A DNA stretch of 64,000 bases. Origin: Eledone cirrhosa (Eukaryota). Under the pieces are notes generated by a model that was not told the DNA's origin, ran no database searches, and was given only the letters and a program-made list of their open reading frames with translations. Both the position numbers and the translations under genes were made by a program. Each line of letters begins with the position of its first letter. The stretch's first letter is position 1. The stretch spans positions 192,882,001 to 192,946,000 of the forward strand of contig OZ024740.1 of NCBI GenBank assembly GCA_964016885.1, written 5' to 3'. Below are positions 27,617 through 41,094 of the stretch, one piece after another.

Positions 27617-28689
27617 CTGTCTATATATAACTACAATAGAAGGCTGTACTGGAATATATACATATATACATATAATGTTTTTAATGCACCCACTAAATAA
27701 AATTCCAGCACTGAATCAACTGTAGAACACTAATATATTTTCCATTTCTTAACTTGATTTGAAGTAGAAGGATTTTATTTCTATTTCCTATACACTCATT
27801 AGGATATTTTAAATATATTTATCTCTGAAAAAGCAATTCCTATGTCCATTTGGAGATGGAAAAATGATGTATGTTCATTAAATGATGCATAAGATTATAT
27901 TGCCTAATCTATGTTACTTTCTTTAGATACAATATTTAAATCTAAAAAAAGCTAAGGCAACTTTTATTTTCGTTGAAAATATAACAACAAAAAAAAATAA
28001 CATATATATATATTACAGAAAACTTATCTTTCCATTTTATTTGGAGAAATACAATCTTATTTTCATTGATTTTTACCACATGGATGTATATACATAAATT
28101 GCTAGTAATTTTATTTTTTTTTAAATACAGTCTAGAAAATTTATGCTATCACATCTGTATTTTTAGTTTAGTTTGTTACTGAGCCATCTTCAGCAAGATT
28201 ATACTCTGAAAATTTGGTTTAACATGAGTGACAATTTACAGAAAATTTGGCCTGATAAGAAATTTAACTGGTTGGAATTAGAAGTTGATGATTTCAATCA
28301 ACAATTATGTTTAAAATTTTTGGTAGATTTTAATGCTGTATACCTTGAATTATTTGCTGTTGAATCTGTCTTGCTATAAATCAAAACTAGCACACCGTAA
28401 TTGCTATTTCCGATCATCAGAAAAAAAATATCTTTCAAATTATGAAGACTATTTACGATTTCAAAACTGTTCAGAGGTCCCCTGGGATCTTCAAAATTTA
28501 AATACAAATATAAAGAAATAGGAAATGGGCAAAGTTAATATAACCATGTACACTCATAATTTAGCCAGTAATTATTCTGGGCTGAATGTTAATGTTTCAC
28601 TGCAATGAAATACCAGCAGGAATTATCTCCCCCACCTTACTAATGTTGACAATCTAGTGCTAACTTTTTCTGATCTTTTACTCTTTAAT

Positions 28690-29050
28690 TCTTCCACTTC
28701 TTCTTTTCCCACTTAGTCCTGGTTGGGGTGCGGGGCCAAAGTGGCAGAGTCCTTTAACATGCCTTCCACTGGATCCTGTCAGAAGCAACCATCTCCAATT
28801 GATTCACCTGGATCCCCAAGTGAGAACAACCAAGCACATGAGTTTTAACCAATCATCTTGCTCAGGGTATATCCCTGGGTTTCCTACAGGTTGGTTTTGC
28901 CTGTAAGGTCTGTCGAACGATTCTTTCCAGAGACATTCTAACCACATGTCCATAGTACAAGAACTGTTATCTCTTAATTCAGAAAAGTAGCGGCCCTACC
29001 TTGAGTGACTTGCTGATCTCGGAGCTATGAACTCTATGACCCTTCTGATA
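28690..29050 (-). mobile_element. RTE LINE 3' end
   Basis: Minus-strand WTCG/RPTGKTNL-type RTE C-terminal remnant; (GAA)-like tail. Confidence 0.65.
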
Positions 29051-31888
29051 AACCTCATGCCATCCATCACTTGTGAAAATGGCCGCAATATTATTGAAAT
29101 TCTCCCCCTGCTTCAGTCTGCTCAGACCATGAAGCAACAGCAATATAATATCCAATTAATCTTTTTTTTTATTCTATTTCAAATTATATAGGAATTCTAA
29201 GCTAAATTCTAGCACATGTTTAGCTCCACAAACTATTTCAGCAAGTAGATTTAGGATGAAATCATTACAGCCATGATCACCTTATCCTAATTTCAAATAA
29301 TATTTCCAGGACTAGATTTTCCAATGTGTTTCTTTTTTTTAATCTCATAAGGTGTGATTGAGGGGAGTTTGGCTGCTATTTCTAACAGTGTGAGCTACAC
29401 ACAAAAGCAGTTCTTTTGTAAGTAGATTTTTCCCTTTCAAACAGTGTCATTATTCTCTTCATATAGAATAAAAACCTATTGAATCTCATGGGTTGCACAA
29501 TATCTTGGCTCAGATTCTAGTATTTTACTTATATTTTTTATTGTTTAATCATGTGTGGGGCAGCACCAATAACAATTTTCAGAGATTAGAAGAAGCGCCA
29601 TTCAATCCAAAGACCTGGTATGAATGCTTGTAGCATAGTGTACCTTGCTAAATATATCCAAACGTCAGCTGGTCACTTTAAACCAAGTGATGGACCAAGG
29701 CTGCCAACTATGTGGACCATGCTGGGATTTGAACTCAGAATAAAAATAGTCAAGATAAATACCAAAGGCATCATGTCCAATGCACTAATGCTTCTTACAG
29801 TTGACCACCCTTATCTGATATATATTTATCAATTCTGAAAGAATTAAAAGCTTACACTTTCTATCCTTATTTCCCTGTAATGTTTGATATGTTATAAATT
29901 TGATTAAACTTCGATGCAGACATTCTATTTGTAATACTAGATATTGAAAAGTGTGAAATATATGGAATATAGATTTTAATATATTTCTTTTAGTTTGAAA
30001 TTATGTTGTATTCGAACATATATTTGGTTCCTTTAATTTATTAAACTTGCAGTTACATGGCCTAGGCCAGCTCTGATTAGGCAAACCATTTCATTATAGT
30101 TTAACTCTGGAGGATGTGGCACAGTTAATAACCATGACAGGTTTTCTAAGAATTGTGATACCCATGCTGGACATTCATAAGATAATATTGACAAGAAAAA
30201 AGGTGGTCTGTAAGTGTATTCCAAAGTGTTGATCTTATGGACTAGAAGGATTAGGTATAATATTAAGTGCAGACACTTTGGCCTATTGGCAGTCAGTTAA
30301 ATATATGTGAAAGATCAACATCTACAGTATTCAAGACATAATGAAAATTCAAAATTAATTATTTATTTTCAACAAAAATATAATGTATTATTATTTTATT
30401 CTAAAACAGATTAAGTTTGACTGAACAAACTTTGAAGAAAACATATATTTCAGACGTTCATTTGAATAAAAAAAAATAATATACTGAGCTTTATCATGCA
30501 AAATACCTATATTTCTCATGTTAACAAAGCTAAAGAAAAATTCATTGCTTGATTTAATGGCAACCTATTATTTGAGGGGGATTTGTCTATTTCTAGTAGG
30601 TTCAGCAACCATGTAGAGATTCCATTTTGTCTGATTTAGCTTTAAATACATAATTCAAGTAGCATAATTCCATCTGTAATTAGAGGTGACACTTAGGATT
30701 TACAGCAGACACAATGTCTACCAGTGTTTATCCAGTTCCTTATGACAAATCTGCATGTGATCAAGTAACATTCTATGTTAGGAATTATCTATTTCTCAAT
30801 TGCCTGAAAATATTCAAACCTGAGATAAGCACTGATTGCTGGTTGTACCATTCTTTGTAAATTGATTAAAGATTACCCATATTCACAAGTACATGGTTTG
30901 TAACAGTTGTTGGTATAAAATAATTATTACTTTGTGAATTATTGCAGAACTGGAATAAAAATGTGGCATCACTAATGATTGGCTTTAGAGAAGTCCCCTC
31001 TTCTACAAGCATCTGAACCTCCAGGGTCCAGCCTGAGGTTCTTTTCCGTTCTTTCTCTCTATCCCCAATCCTTACATAAAGTGCCTAATTGATGTTGCCG
31101 ATCCTTCTATGATTAAGCCATATACATATTTGAGAAGGAAAAAAGGAAAAAAATATTTACTGAATTCTGTATCTGTTTTGAATGATAATACTAAACATAA
31201 AAAAAAAAAAATTAATAATTTTAATATTACTTTCTCGTATATTTCCCATCACAGATAAATTCAAGTTCTCTCATATGAAATTTGTGAAGATTTAAATTTA
31301 AAAAGATAAAAAAATAATGCTTCTACTTACTGGTCATATGCATAGAAATTGCCTAGCACGGTCTATATTGGACTTTGTTTCATTAACTGGGGATTACTTT
31401 GGCATCAAATATTTCATGAATTAATAATGAAATCAGAAGGTAATTGCACACAATTTAAAAATTACGATGATGCCAATTTTGTTTTCTATTTGATAGCGGC
31501 ATTATTAATTTTTAAATGACTTCCAGGTATTAGTTTCAAATAAACCTGAGATTATATGCAACTGCACATGCAAACATTATACATATATAAAACCTCATGC
31601 AAAAGAGTTTTCCTGGGTATTTGTATATTTTTTCTTATCTGTACAGCCTGAACTGCTATTCAACCACTGAATTTATAATATATCATTTAATGCTGTTTAA
31701 AAATTGTATTCATAAACAGGAGATTTATATGTCACAAATTGAATGATGACTTATGCATATAATCATTGCATGACAGAGAAGATTATTACATTTGTTGAAT
31801 TGCAATTCTCTCTTACATATGATATAGAAATGTTTAACTAGCTTATGTAGAGAAAAGTACTTATGATCTATGTGTGTGACACACTAAT

Positions 31889-31891
<3 letters not shown>

Positions 31892-31963
<72 letters not shown>
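31892..31963. repeat. (AG)n microsatellite
   Basis: Seen directly. Confidence 0.95.
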
Positions 31964-31964
<1 letters not shown>

Positions 31965-32052
31965 ATATGATGTTTGGAAAATATTGTTTTTAAATTACAT
32001 TCACAAAGAAAAGTTATTTAGTCTCAGTTCATACACACACACACATACATGT

Positions 32053-32452
32053 ATCATCATCGTTTTAACGTCCATTTTTCTATACTTCTTGGATTGGAAA
32101 GTTTCTCTCAAACACTGAATCCCCACTTGTTCCATTCCATTGTTATCCCCTTTGGGAGGTTCAATAGTCTAAGATTAGCTTTCTCCAACTCTGCTTATGT
32201 TTTCCCTAGTCCTCTACACCCACAACCATCAACTTGCATCTGCCACTTCTTTACACAACTGTCACCATCCATAGATATTCCAGGTCTGTTCCTGTGCAGT
32301 TTTCTCTCTTGCACACTACATCTGATTACTATTATATCCTTTTTCTCTATCAACTTACCACTGTCGTGTTGCTCCCTCACACTAACATTACATATCCAGT
32401 AGGTTTCAATATCGACTAAATACAATTTGCTCACAAGCATCATACAATGCAA
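32053..32452 (-). mobile_element. decayed RTE 3' end
   Basis: RCSVQERKL..DSCVKKW..VDG..RG.GKT; tail ggacgttaaaacgatgatga. Confidence 0.7.
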
Positions 32453-32594
32453 TCCATCCTTTTTTCCAGGTAATTTACGTTTTGAAAATAAAATAATCTA
32501 TTACTCAGATATAGCAAAATCTAATTTCAACATCAACAAGTAGAGACACATTTAAAGTATTTTATGTACATAAATATTTTGCATTATAAATATA

Positions 32595-32783
32595 GGGTGG
32601 TGGATTGGCAGTATCGGTAGAGGATCGGACGCCATGCTTTCCAGCATAGTTACGTCCCTTTAAGATCTAAGTTCAAATCCCGCCGAGGTTGACTTTGCCT
32701 TTCATCCTTACGGGGTCGATAAAATAAAGTACCAGTAATGCACTGGGTAATTGCTGGCCTTGTGTCTAAAGTAGAAACAATTA
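32595..32783 (+). mobile_element. Meta-domain SINE with TSD
   Basis: attataaatat at 32583-32593 and 32780-32790. Confidence 0.9.
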
Positions 32784-33099
32784 TAAATATGAAGAAAGAA
32801 TAAACAATAGCCCTAATTCCAGTTTATTAAATTGTAGAAAAGATAGAAATTATTTTTCTTCTTTAGCAAGTACCAATAATTTCTTACCCAGTTTTTTCTA
32901 CCCTATTCTTAATTTGGCTAATAAGCTTTCCATAGGTAACAGAAGCTCAAAATTATTTCTATGGATTCTTCTAAGCACTGGAAATAAATTATTTTACTGA
33001 ATAGCTGATTAAATCAATGTATCCAATGCCCCAAACTAAATGTACCTTCTCTCCTATTTTGTGTGACTGCTCACTAAACATTTAATGCCCTCATAATTT

Positions 33100-34200
33100 A
33101 CACTGACTACACCAAACAAAATTGATATCTACACCCATTAACCAGATGACAACAGGGCTCTGGCTTTTTCTTATTTACTAATATTTTAGTTTTTGATAAG
33201 TTTACTCTAACTTTCATTTCCATGTTTCTTCTTCCTCCTCTAAATCTTCCACCTCTAAGTACTACATTGTCAATGTACAAGAATTCCCACAGACAGCTGA
33301 TCATAAAAGTATTTGTTATGGCCTGGAAAGCTATAATAAACACAGGCAAGCAATGAAATGAGCTTAATGGGCATCTTCTTGCACACAAAATTATTTACCC
33401 AAACACATTATTGATCCTTATTTTGCTGGTGGCATCTCTGTACATCGTTTGCACAGCTTTCATAAACTATTTAATTACATGTAACACAGCAAGTTCCTCT
33501 ACATATATAATTTATGTATCTTTACATACCAAGTATTTAGAAAAACTTGTTTCAAATAATGTACTACGAAGCAAGATATTTGTCTAAAACCACTGTTGCT
33601 GAAAATAAAGAAGCCTGGACCTCCTATTACTAGAGGTTGATGAATGTGGGGAATGACTGGGTGGAAGAGAGTCAAGACTCTTTAACCGAACAGATGAACA
33701 GCTATTGAAATTGACAAAAATGCAATCAAGGCGATTAAAAAGGGTAAGACAGTCATTCCATCAGAGATAAACACTGAGGCACTGAAATCTAGGAAATTAA
33801 ACGTAGTACATGATGGGGTCATAAATGCCAGGCATAGCAGTATAAAAATGAATTGTTACAAAACAAAATGGGATACATTAGAGAGGACCAACTACTACAG
33901 CATATGAATAAAGGACAGGTCATGAAAGTGATAGAAAGAGTTTTAGCATAACATATTAGGGATAGAATCAAAATAGATGAGATACAATTTAGTTTTGTGC
34001 CAGGGAGGAACACCACAGACTCCAGCTTTGAGTGAAAAGAGCTTAAAGTAAATTTGCAGAAAATCATGTATGAAGAGCAACAAAGAAGATAGGACCTTGA
34101 CCCCATCAATAAAGAGACCTTGCTTGATATGTAGAAAAGAGATATGGTATGTAGTCACTATACAATGTGCATAATGTAAACTTAGATACACGATGTAGTG
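33100..34200. mobile_element. two decayed RTE RT fragments in opposite orientations (33100-33480 minus; 33640-34200 plus)
   Basis: WEFLYIDNVVL..VRVNLSKTKILV on minus; MKVIERVL..IKIDEIQFSFVPGRNTTD on plus. Confidence 0.65.
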
Positions 34201-34471
34201 AGATAGCAGGAAGATTAATAGAAAAGGTAAACCTTTTATGTAGCAGATGCACTAGGAAAATTAGTAGTAAGAATATGAGAAAAATAAATAATTATGTATA
34301 AAAAAAAATGTTATGCACTTCAGTTATACTACTGTATAGCCACCATAGACTACAACATAATTTACATTTAGTATATATATTTATTCACATTTACTATATA
34401 TACATATTCTCTCCAAAACAGATATACATATATGAACATATTCCTACACAATCACTGAAACATATACTTAC

Positions 34472-35240
34472 ACAAATGAATAAGAAAATGTATTTCAGCA
34501 GAAGACTTTAAATCCGACGATTGGTCACTGAGTGATAGATTCCAATTCCTTTATCCTCAACTTGAAAACTAAGTAGATGAAATATTTTCCTTCATGTTTT
34601 CTTTGTTATCCAACATCTGACTCGCGCAGCCTTAATCTCTTCTTTTAGTCCCTTATAGCCGATATCCGTTATAGTTCAAATGAACTTCTGTCTTCTTTAA
34701 AATAAAATTTGAGGCTGTGTATCAAAATTATTTTGCTTTTATCATTATTATCTAATCCAGAAGCTCTATGTCACTTCCATTTTAATATCAGCTACTTACA
34801 GAAAGCGACTTATGTTATCAGTAGTAGAATAGCAGTAAACGATAACGTTCTGAGCCAAGAGAGAAGAATGGATTACTGAAAGTAACATATGAAATTAACA
34901 ATGTCGAACGCTATCCCGTCATGCTCCCTTTCAAATATAACTAATTCTTAGTTGAGATTGAATAGTGAAGTTGTATCCGGAAATTATATTTACTTACTTG
35001 TGTGGTTGTACACGAACATCTGTGTACTTGTCTGTGACATGACATTTTGAAAAAGATTAAAGCTATGAAAAACTAAAATATATAGAAATAATTTGTAAAA
35101 TCAGAAATGTAGCCTATCACATTCTCTATCACACGCATTCCCAGTAAACCTTTGACAACTCACTTTGTTTAACTCTAACTTTGGCTAATTTCTTGCTAAG
35201 AAATCACAAGAAAGAGAGAAAAAGAGTGAGCGAGAGAGAA
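34472..35240 (-). other. candidate 5' end of a spliced transcript: exons ~35240-35164, 35072-34998, 34875-34800, ~34695-34472
   Basis: Four consecutive GTRAGT donors (35163, 34997, 34799, 34471), T-rich AG acceptors, introns of ~90-120 nt. Confidence 0.45.
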
Positions 35241-35277
35241 GTTATTCTGCATTATCTTGTTGCCTTAAATTCTCAAA

Positions 35278-35484
35278 ATGTGCTATTCCAATGATATTGG
35301 TCCAGTTGGTATGGGGTGTTATAAAAATTATCAGACATTGATTGACCGAATATACCAGTCACCATTGAGACCTATGTTGTCATCATTGTGTAGACTGCCG
35401 TTCTCCCCTGCCAAATCAAGATGGTATCGCAAGTTTTTCTCAGAAGCAATGCCTTCATCATATTGTCGAGAAGACGTAACAGAG
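35278..35484 (+). CDS. candidate first coding exon (69 codons, MCYSNDIGPVG...EDVTE), unknown protein
   Basis: aaaATG with an upstream in-frame TAA; open 207 nt in non-repetitive sequence; ends at GAG|GTATGT donor, phase 0; downstream exons not found. Confidence 0.45.
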
Positions 35485-35529
35485 GTATGTCCTCCAGCCA
35501 ATGATGTAGAGTGCGTCTTTCCCAGCATT

Positions 35530-35649
35530 TTTTATGTTATGATATAAAATTATTTTATGTTATGATATAAAATTATTTTATGTTATGTTATAAAATTATT
35601 TTATGTTATGATATAAAATTATTTTATGTTATGATATAAAATTATTTTA
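35530..35649. repeat. 23-bp minisatellite x ~5 (ttttatgttatgatataaaatta)
   Basis: Period of 23 seen directly. Confidence 0.92.
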
Positions 35650-35754
35650 AGTAAAATATAAGTTTTACTTAAAATGGGAAAAAATAAACACTTGATATAG
35701 AGAGAATAATTTTATTGTGCTTTTTTGACATGCAGAGAAAACGATAAATGCTTC

Positions 35755-35842
35755 TGATTGATCTTTTATCGACAAGAAATACCAACCAAGAAAGTTGGAA
35801 CAACCGTGTAACTTCCAAAGGGTCGTATTTTGAAGAAGATAA
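35755..35842 (+). mobile_element. mariner transposase C-terminal relic
   Basis: ...WNNRVTSKGSYFEED resembles the mariner end RW.KC...G.YFE. Confidence 0.4.
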
Positions 35843-36054
35843 CTTGTAATTTCATGTAGGTCTATTTAAATAAAACAACAGACCTCGCATCTCGTAGCCT
35901 TTCCCGTTACTGTCTTATAAAAAAGTAAAGACACGTTGAATAATATATTTCTAGATAATTCTAAGTCTTAAAACGAAACAAAATGTGATATGCCTATAAC
36001 GGGCGTAGAAAGGGATGCTCAGGGTCGTCTGCAATGACACATTTTACAATTTTC

Positions 36055-36270
36055 TCACCTTAAGCAAGGTAATAAAGCGTAAGCAGTTACCGAAAATGGA
36101 AAAAGGACAAAACAGAAAGAACAAATTTCAAGGAGAGAGAAGATGACGTGTGATGTTGCTCTTGAAGTTTGCAAATTGTAGTAATAAAGAAAGCAATAAG
36201 CAGGAAGAGAATTCCATGGATAAGATGTGTGTGTAAAGAAACCAGAGAACAGAATTTGTGATTGCACTTA
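36055..36270 (-). mobile_element. L2/CR1-group LINE 3' end
   Basis: FFTHTSYPWNSLPAYCF..YNLQ resembles the conserved SFF.R....WNSLP terminus. Confidence 0.55.
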
Positions 36271-37819
36271 GAAATCTCAACTCTAAATGGATATAAAACT
36301 AACCATCAATCTGGTGCTAGGCTTAAACATGCTAAGACAAAGCAACGAAAAGGAGAGTTCGTAAGAATAATTCCCATGCACATATGGGAGTTCTTAGATA
36401 AACCACAATGATTAACAAGCACGGCAATTCAGAGGAAAGGTTCGCCTCTTTGTACCTAAGCTTCCTTTCCTCCTTTTGCTACAACTCTGGGTGCTTACAA
36501 TTCGAACACCTTTGATGAAAATGGATATTACATTAGCATCGACTTGGGATGTAAATAACAACAAAAAATCAAAACTATAAAAAATAAACACATCACAAAT
36601 TCTTATTATAAAATAGATTTTCAATAAATACTTTCAAGGTTTTATAATTTCAAAATCTGATTGAATTTAAGTTTTCTATTTGGATACATACGTTATGCTA
36701 ATCTTTTACTTTTTAAATCATGATACCTCAGCAGCGTGAAAAAATTAGCAATGTGAATGTGTTGACTTTCGTTAATGATACACAATTTAATATGTTTCTT
36801 CTGTTGGATAGAGAAAGAAGGTTTTATTTTATTTCAGTAGGTTGCATGCAAATAAACATTTGTATGCAATCTACTGAAATTTAATTTGCCTTTCCTCCTT
36901 CAAGGTAGATAGAAAGTACCAGTCTAGTACAGAGGTCATTCTTCTATATTTCTTTCTCACTTCCTCTCTCTCACTTTCTATCCTTCTCTGGAAGAAATCT
37001 GCTGGGTTCAGACCTGGAGAGCAATTGGCTCCGCCATGATTAAAATGCTCTCGAAATGTCGTATGCCACTACGGTACCCCTACAACTCCATAAGCAGTTA
37101 CGGGACCATGCTTGCTTGCTTTAAGTCCATCACTTGATACGTTGATAAGACCAGAGCAGCCTCCAATGGCAAGAACCTCGTTGTTATTGGCCAGCTTCCA
37201 ACAAACCGCTCGGATGCCGCAGGCAGAAAAATAGTTTGCTAATACATCCTGGTATTTTAAAATTAATTCCATTAAAATTAATTCCAAGTTGTGGAAATGA
37301 CACATCTACTCCTTAGAGGCAAATTGTAAGACATACTGGTCACTTCTATCCACTCTGGATAATGCCACTGCTTTCAGAATCGAGGGAATAATAAATAGAA
37401 CCTAGTCCACTTAATAATTATGATCAGCTCAGTATGGCGTGCAAAGTCAGCTGCGTCCAGTCGGAATGATAATACATGAAAAGAAAACTATGTTGCATTA
37501 AAAGACCCATAGAGATTTTGGCTCCAAATTTCAGCGGCACAAATCCAGAATGAGTAGGCCGCTAATGTTTGCCAGGGATGAAGCATCAAATCAGTCCTCT
37601 GAGAATTTGTCACTCGCAGAAATTAAGCGGAGACTTAAAAATTGATTAGCTTCATAAGAAAGTGTTGAATATTTCTCACGAACGTACGTTTATCAGAATT
37701 CTCTGTTTCAATCTCCCTCATACGTGTCGTATGTTTTCATGTCCCCCCTCATTGAAAGGAGAGTATGTTAACTACCAGAAAAGAGCAAGAATAAATTGAA
37801 ATACCCCAAATCAAATATC

Positions 37820-38030
37820 TACGTATACCAGTGCATGGCCAATCGCTTCCTCATTGCACCGGTTTCCGTCGAGACATATGGCGTCCTTGGGCTCTACCCT
37901 GCTGATTTCCTCCGTAATGTACTGAAAAACGGCAGCCCACTTGAAGGGGCGTCCTGTGAGCTGGGGTGGCTGTCGTAGAACATTGTCCGCGGTAATGCCT
38001 TTGCCATTTTTTCCGCGATGCGTGGTTGAT
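37820..38030 (+). mobile_element. CRE-like RLE endonuclease C-terminal fragment
   Basis: FLIAPVSVETYGVLG...NIVRGNAFAIF resembles the P.AVET.G/..RGNA terminus of CRE-group elements. Confidence 0.6.
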
Positions 38031-38688
38031 GTATCACTCAGACTAGAGTGTAGTTTCTGTCCCCCTCTCTCTTTCTTTTGTTGCTTGATTCATTTTTTTC
38101 CTTTTCTTCCTTTCATTTACTTTTTACTCCCTTTAAGGGTTTTTGTTTTTATTAAATATTACTCAAATATTATTTTGTGTCCCTAGAGCCTTTGTCTTTC
38201 CATACCTTTTCCATTTTCATAACCACAGAAAGGCACCTGCATTTTTTACAATAAAACAGTTGTTGCAATTATCACGTCTTACTCCACTGTCATCTTATTT
38301 TGCGCAGGTCTAACTGCATATTTACAGCATATGGCCACAGATAGACAGAGATAATCGGTATAAAAATTGTAATTTAAAACTGAAACAAAAAAAAATGATT
38401 TACCTAAAATGTCAATGCTCTTTTAAGACCTGGTGAGATTTTGCATATTGAATATATTTGTTAATATTTTATAATAAAAATTCTAATGGATCGCTAAAAA
38501 ATAAAAAAAAGATTGAACTGGCAGATTACAGTGATAAAGGAACAGTTATCAGACATTCTATAGAATTATCTTTTTGTAGTTGCTCGGGACCTAGTCGTTT
38601 GCGGTTAGCAAATATATATATGAGAATAATATATTTTTTAATTCTAAAATTAGTTTTCTATTTTTTGTACATCTCTAAACCTCTTGGC

Positions 38689-38801
38689 TTCTCTCTCTCT
38701 CTGTGTGTGTGTGTGTGTGTGCGCGTGTGTGTGCGCGTGTGTGCGCGCGCGCGTGTGTGTGTGTGCGTGGGTGTGTGTGGGGGGTGCGGGTGCGCGCGCG
38801 C
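38689..38801. repeat. (CT)n followed by an alternating (GT)/(GC) purine-pyrimidine tract
   Basis: Seen directly. Confidence 0.9.
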
Positions 38802-39349
38802 TTGTTGATATAGGTCTAATATAACCTAGCATATCGCTACTCAGATTTTCGTATCTGAATTGATCTAAAGAATAATCGACTAGACTTGAGCGGGATGGGA
38901 GGCGTCAACGTGTGACCAATAGTTAGATGACCTTAAGAATTGACGGATCAGTCGTGGATCAACACTGGCGGAATTTCTCAGTGTCGACCATCAAAGGTGT
39001 TCTCTGATTCTAAACCGAGCTGGTGTGAGCACACACAAACACGCCACGACTTATCAAATAATTACATTACACATTACTCATTGCACAATTTCTAATTTGT
39101 GTTCGAAATCATAACACAAGGGAAAATTTAAAGGAAGTACACAGTTGTAATTTGTATTTTAGATCAAAACATATTAAAAGAAACACGTTTTACAGTAACC
39201 TCATAAAACTGAAAACGTGATAAGAACACGACTTATGTAATTAGCTTAATTTCAAACGTAAAAGAAAAAGCAGAATGAAGTAAGGTGAACAATATATGGA
39301 ATGAGTACAACAGTTTCTTATAGCTAGACTTAATTACATTCTAGTTCAG

Positions 39350-41094
39350 TAGCCATATTTCTGTCAATGGGGAGCAAAGGTAAACCAGACAAACAAGCTT
39401 TACCTATTGTAGAGCGAATGTAGGGCACTATGTTTCAGACGACTAAAGAATCGTTCTATTATTTGTAAGGTTCTTGATTTTCAGTTGCTTGTTTGAAAAT
39501 GGGGCTCAACTCCTCTTGTAGACCTGTGATTCTCGGCTAAATAGAACGTTTGTGCATATCCATTTTCAAAACAAGTGATCATGTGACCAGCTACAATGTC
39601 CCTTGTGCCAATACTACAGTTTCTCATTGACTCCAAGACGCAGTAGAGGAAGACGTAGAATCTCCATTATCAACTCTCAGATGATACAAACCTCAGTAGG
39701 GAGCAGTTGCCAGGAGCAATGGGAAATTCTGAATTGTGGATAGATTTTGTCAGGAATGTTTGCCTGTGGTCGTAAAGATAATGATGATTAATAAGGTAAG
39801 AATATGGTCCAATGTGGAGAAGCTACAGTTAATGAAAACCATTTCATTAGCGAAAATAAATGTAAGTACACTGCTGGTGGTCAGCTTCTCAACACCTGGA
39901 GTTACTTTACTGCTAATGCTCATTATTTCTTTGCCTGTGTCACTAAATAAAAGAAGCTCTTGTACGATTACAATTTAACTTTCAATGATGTCTTGACAAT
40001 TCTAATTATCTGCGTTAGTAACCTCAAATCAAATGTCTTCTGTTGCTAGCTATCTGTTCAGAAGATAAGCTCGTCATCACCAACACATACTCCAGATTGA
40101 GAGAAAAATACATTTTGAATACACCTGAAGTCGAATTATTGGCATCTCATCGATTTTCTCATCACCGGAACCAGAGAGCTATCAAACGTCAATATAGTAT
40201 GAGATACCCTGATGATTACTTGAAAAGTTACCGACTTATCACCTCAAATTTCAGCATGAAATTGAAACCGTAGATCCGTGTTGCTCATATCATACACAAG
40301 AAAATCAGCATCACACTATTTCGTGACTGTAATCATCAGGCTGAATATTAGAATTCCAGGAACATCCACCTCCGCCATCAAGAAACATTAGGCCAACCCG
40401 AACAACCGTTGACCAGTGTTGCAACCGTGTGCCACCAGTACTGGTTTGATGTCAATAATCCTGAAGTTACAACACAAGCAGAGAAACAAATCCGATTTGT
40501 TTCACACAATACCTCCCCTTCAACCTTCAAAAAGAAAATATATATATAATTCTCAAAGCCAAAGTTCAACATTGTGATCTGTGAAATACAAACGAGTGGA
40601 AGATTTCGAAATCAGCAGAAATACACTTTTATACAGAGATCAAAGGTATATAAGGACCCCACTCTCCGTCTGTTGTAACTACTCTCAAGACATCAAATGG
40701 ATCAATGGCTTTAAAATAATAATCTGCTCTGCTTAAATGCTGGACAGAATATTTCCACCATTTCTCAATTACTCAACTAGCGTCAGTGCTGCATCGATCC
40801 ATAATCTCACTTTTATCTTAATCTTGACTGTCTCACAACATTCCTCGAGGATTAAAACACCATAAGAGAAAGTATAATGACTCTCCAGACTCAGACAACA
40901 CCTCTTCTAAAATGCTCCGGAAAATTGGATATTCACTGTCTATTAGCTCGCATCATGTCCTTCTTCTTATATGGAAGTGATCGAGCGGACTCTGGTAACA
41001 ATAGATGAATTTCGCCTCTCTCGCTTGTAGAAAAAAATTAGCAAGAGTCCTATTCGAACGTACCTCACCAACAAACGAATCTATACATCACAGT
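39350..41094 (+). mobile_element. decayed RTE LINE, 5' part
   Basis: LAKINVSTLL (WNVRTL-like), LLAICSEDKLVITNT, WHLIDF remnants. Confidence 0.65.

Noticed and set aside
34697-35163. snoRNA-host interpretation of the short minus-strand introns
   Set aside because: No convincing C/D or H/ACA box arrangement in the introns
35331-35528. 65-aa minus-strand ORF
   Set aside because: Fully overlaps the better-supported plus-strand exon; likely a shadow frame
38930-38950. cttaagaattgacgg resembling an SSU rRNA motif
   Set aside because: Only ~12 nt match; flanks are not rRNA-like
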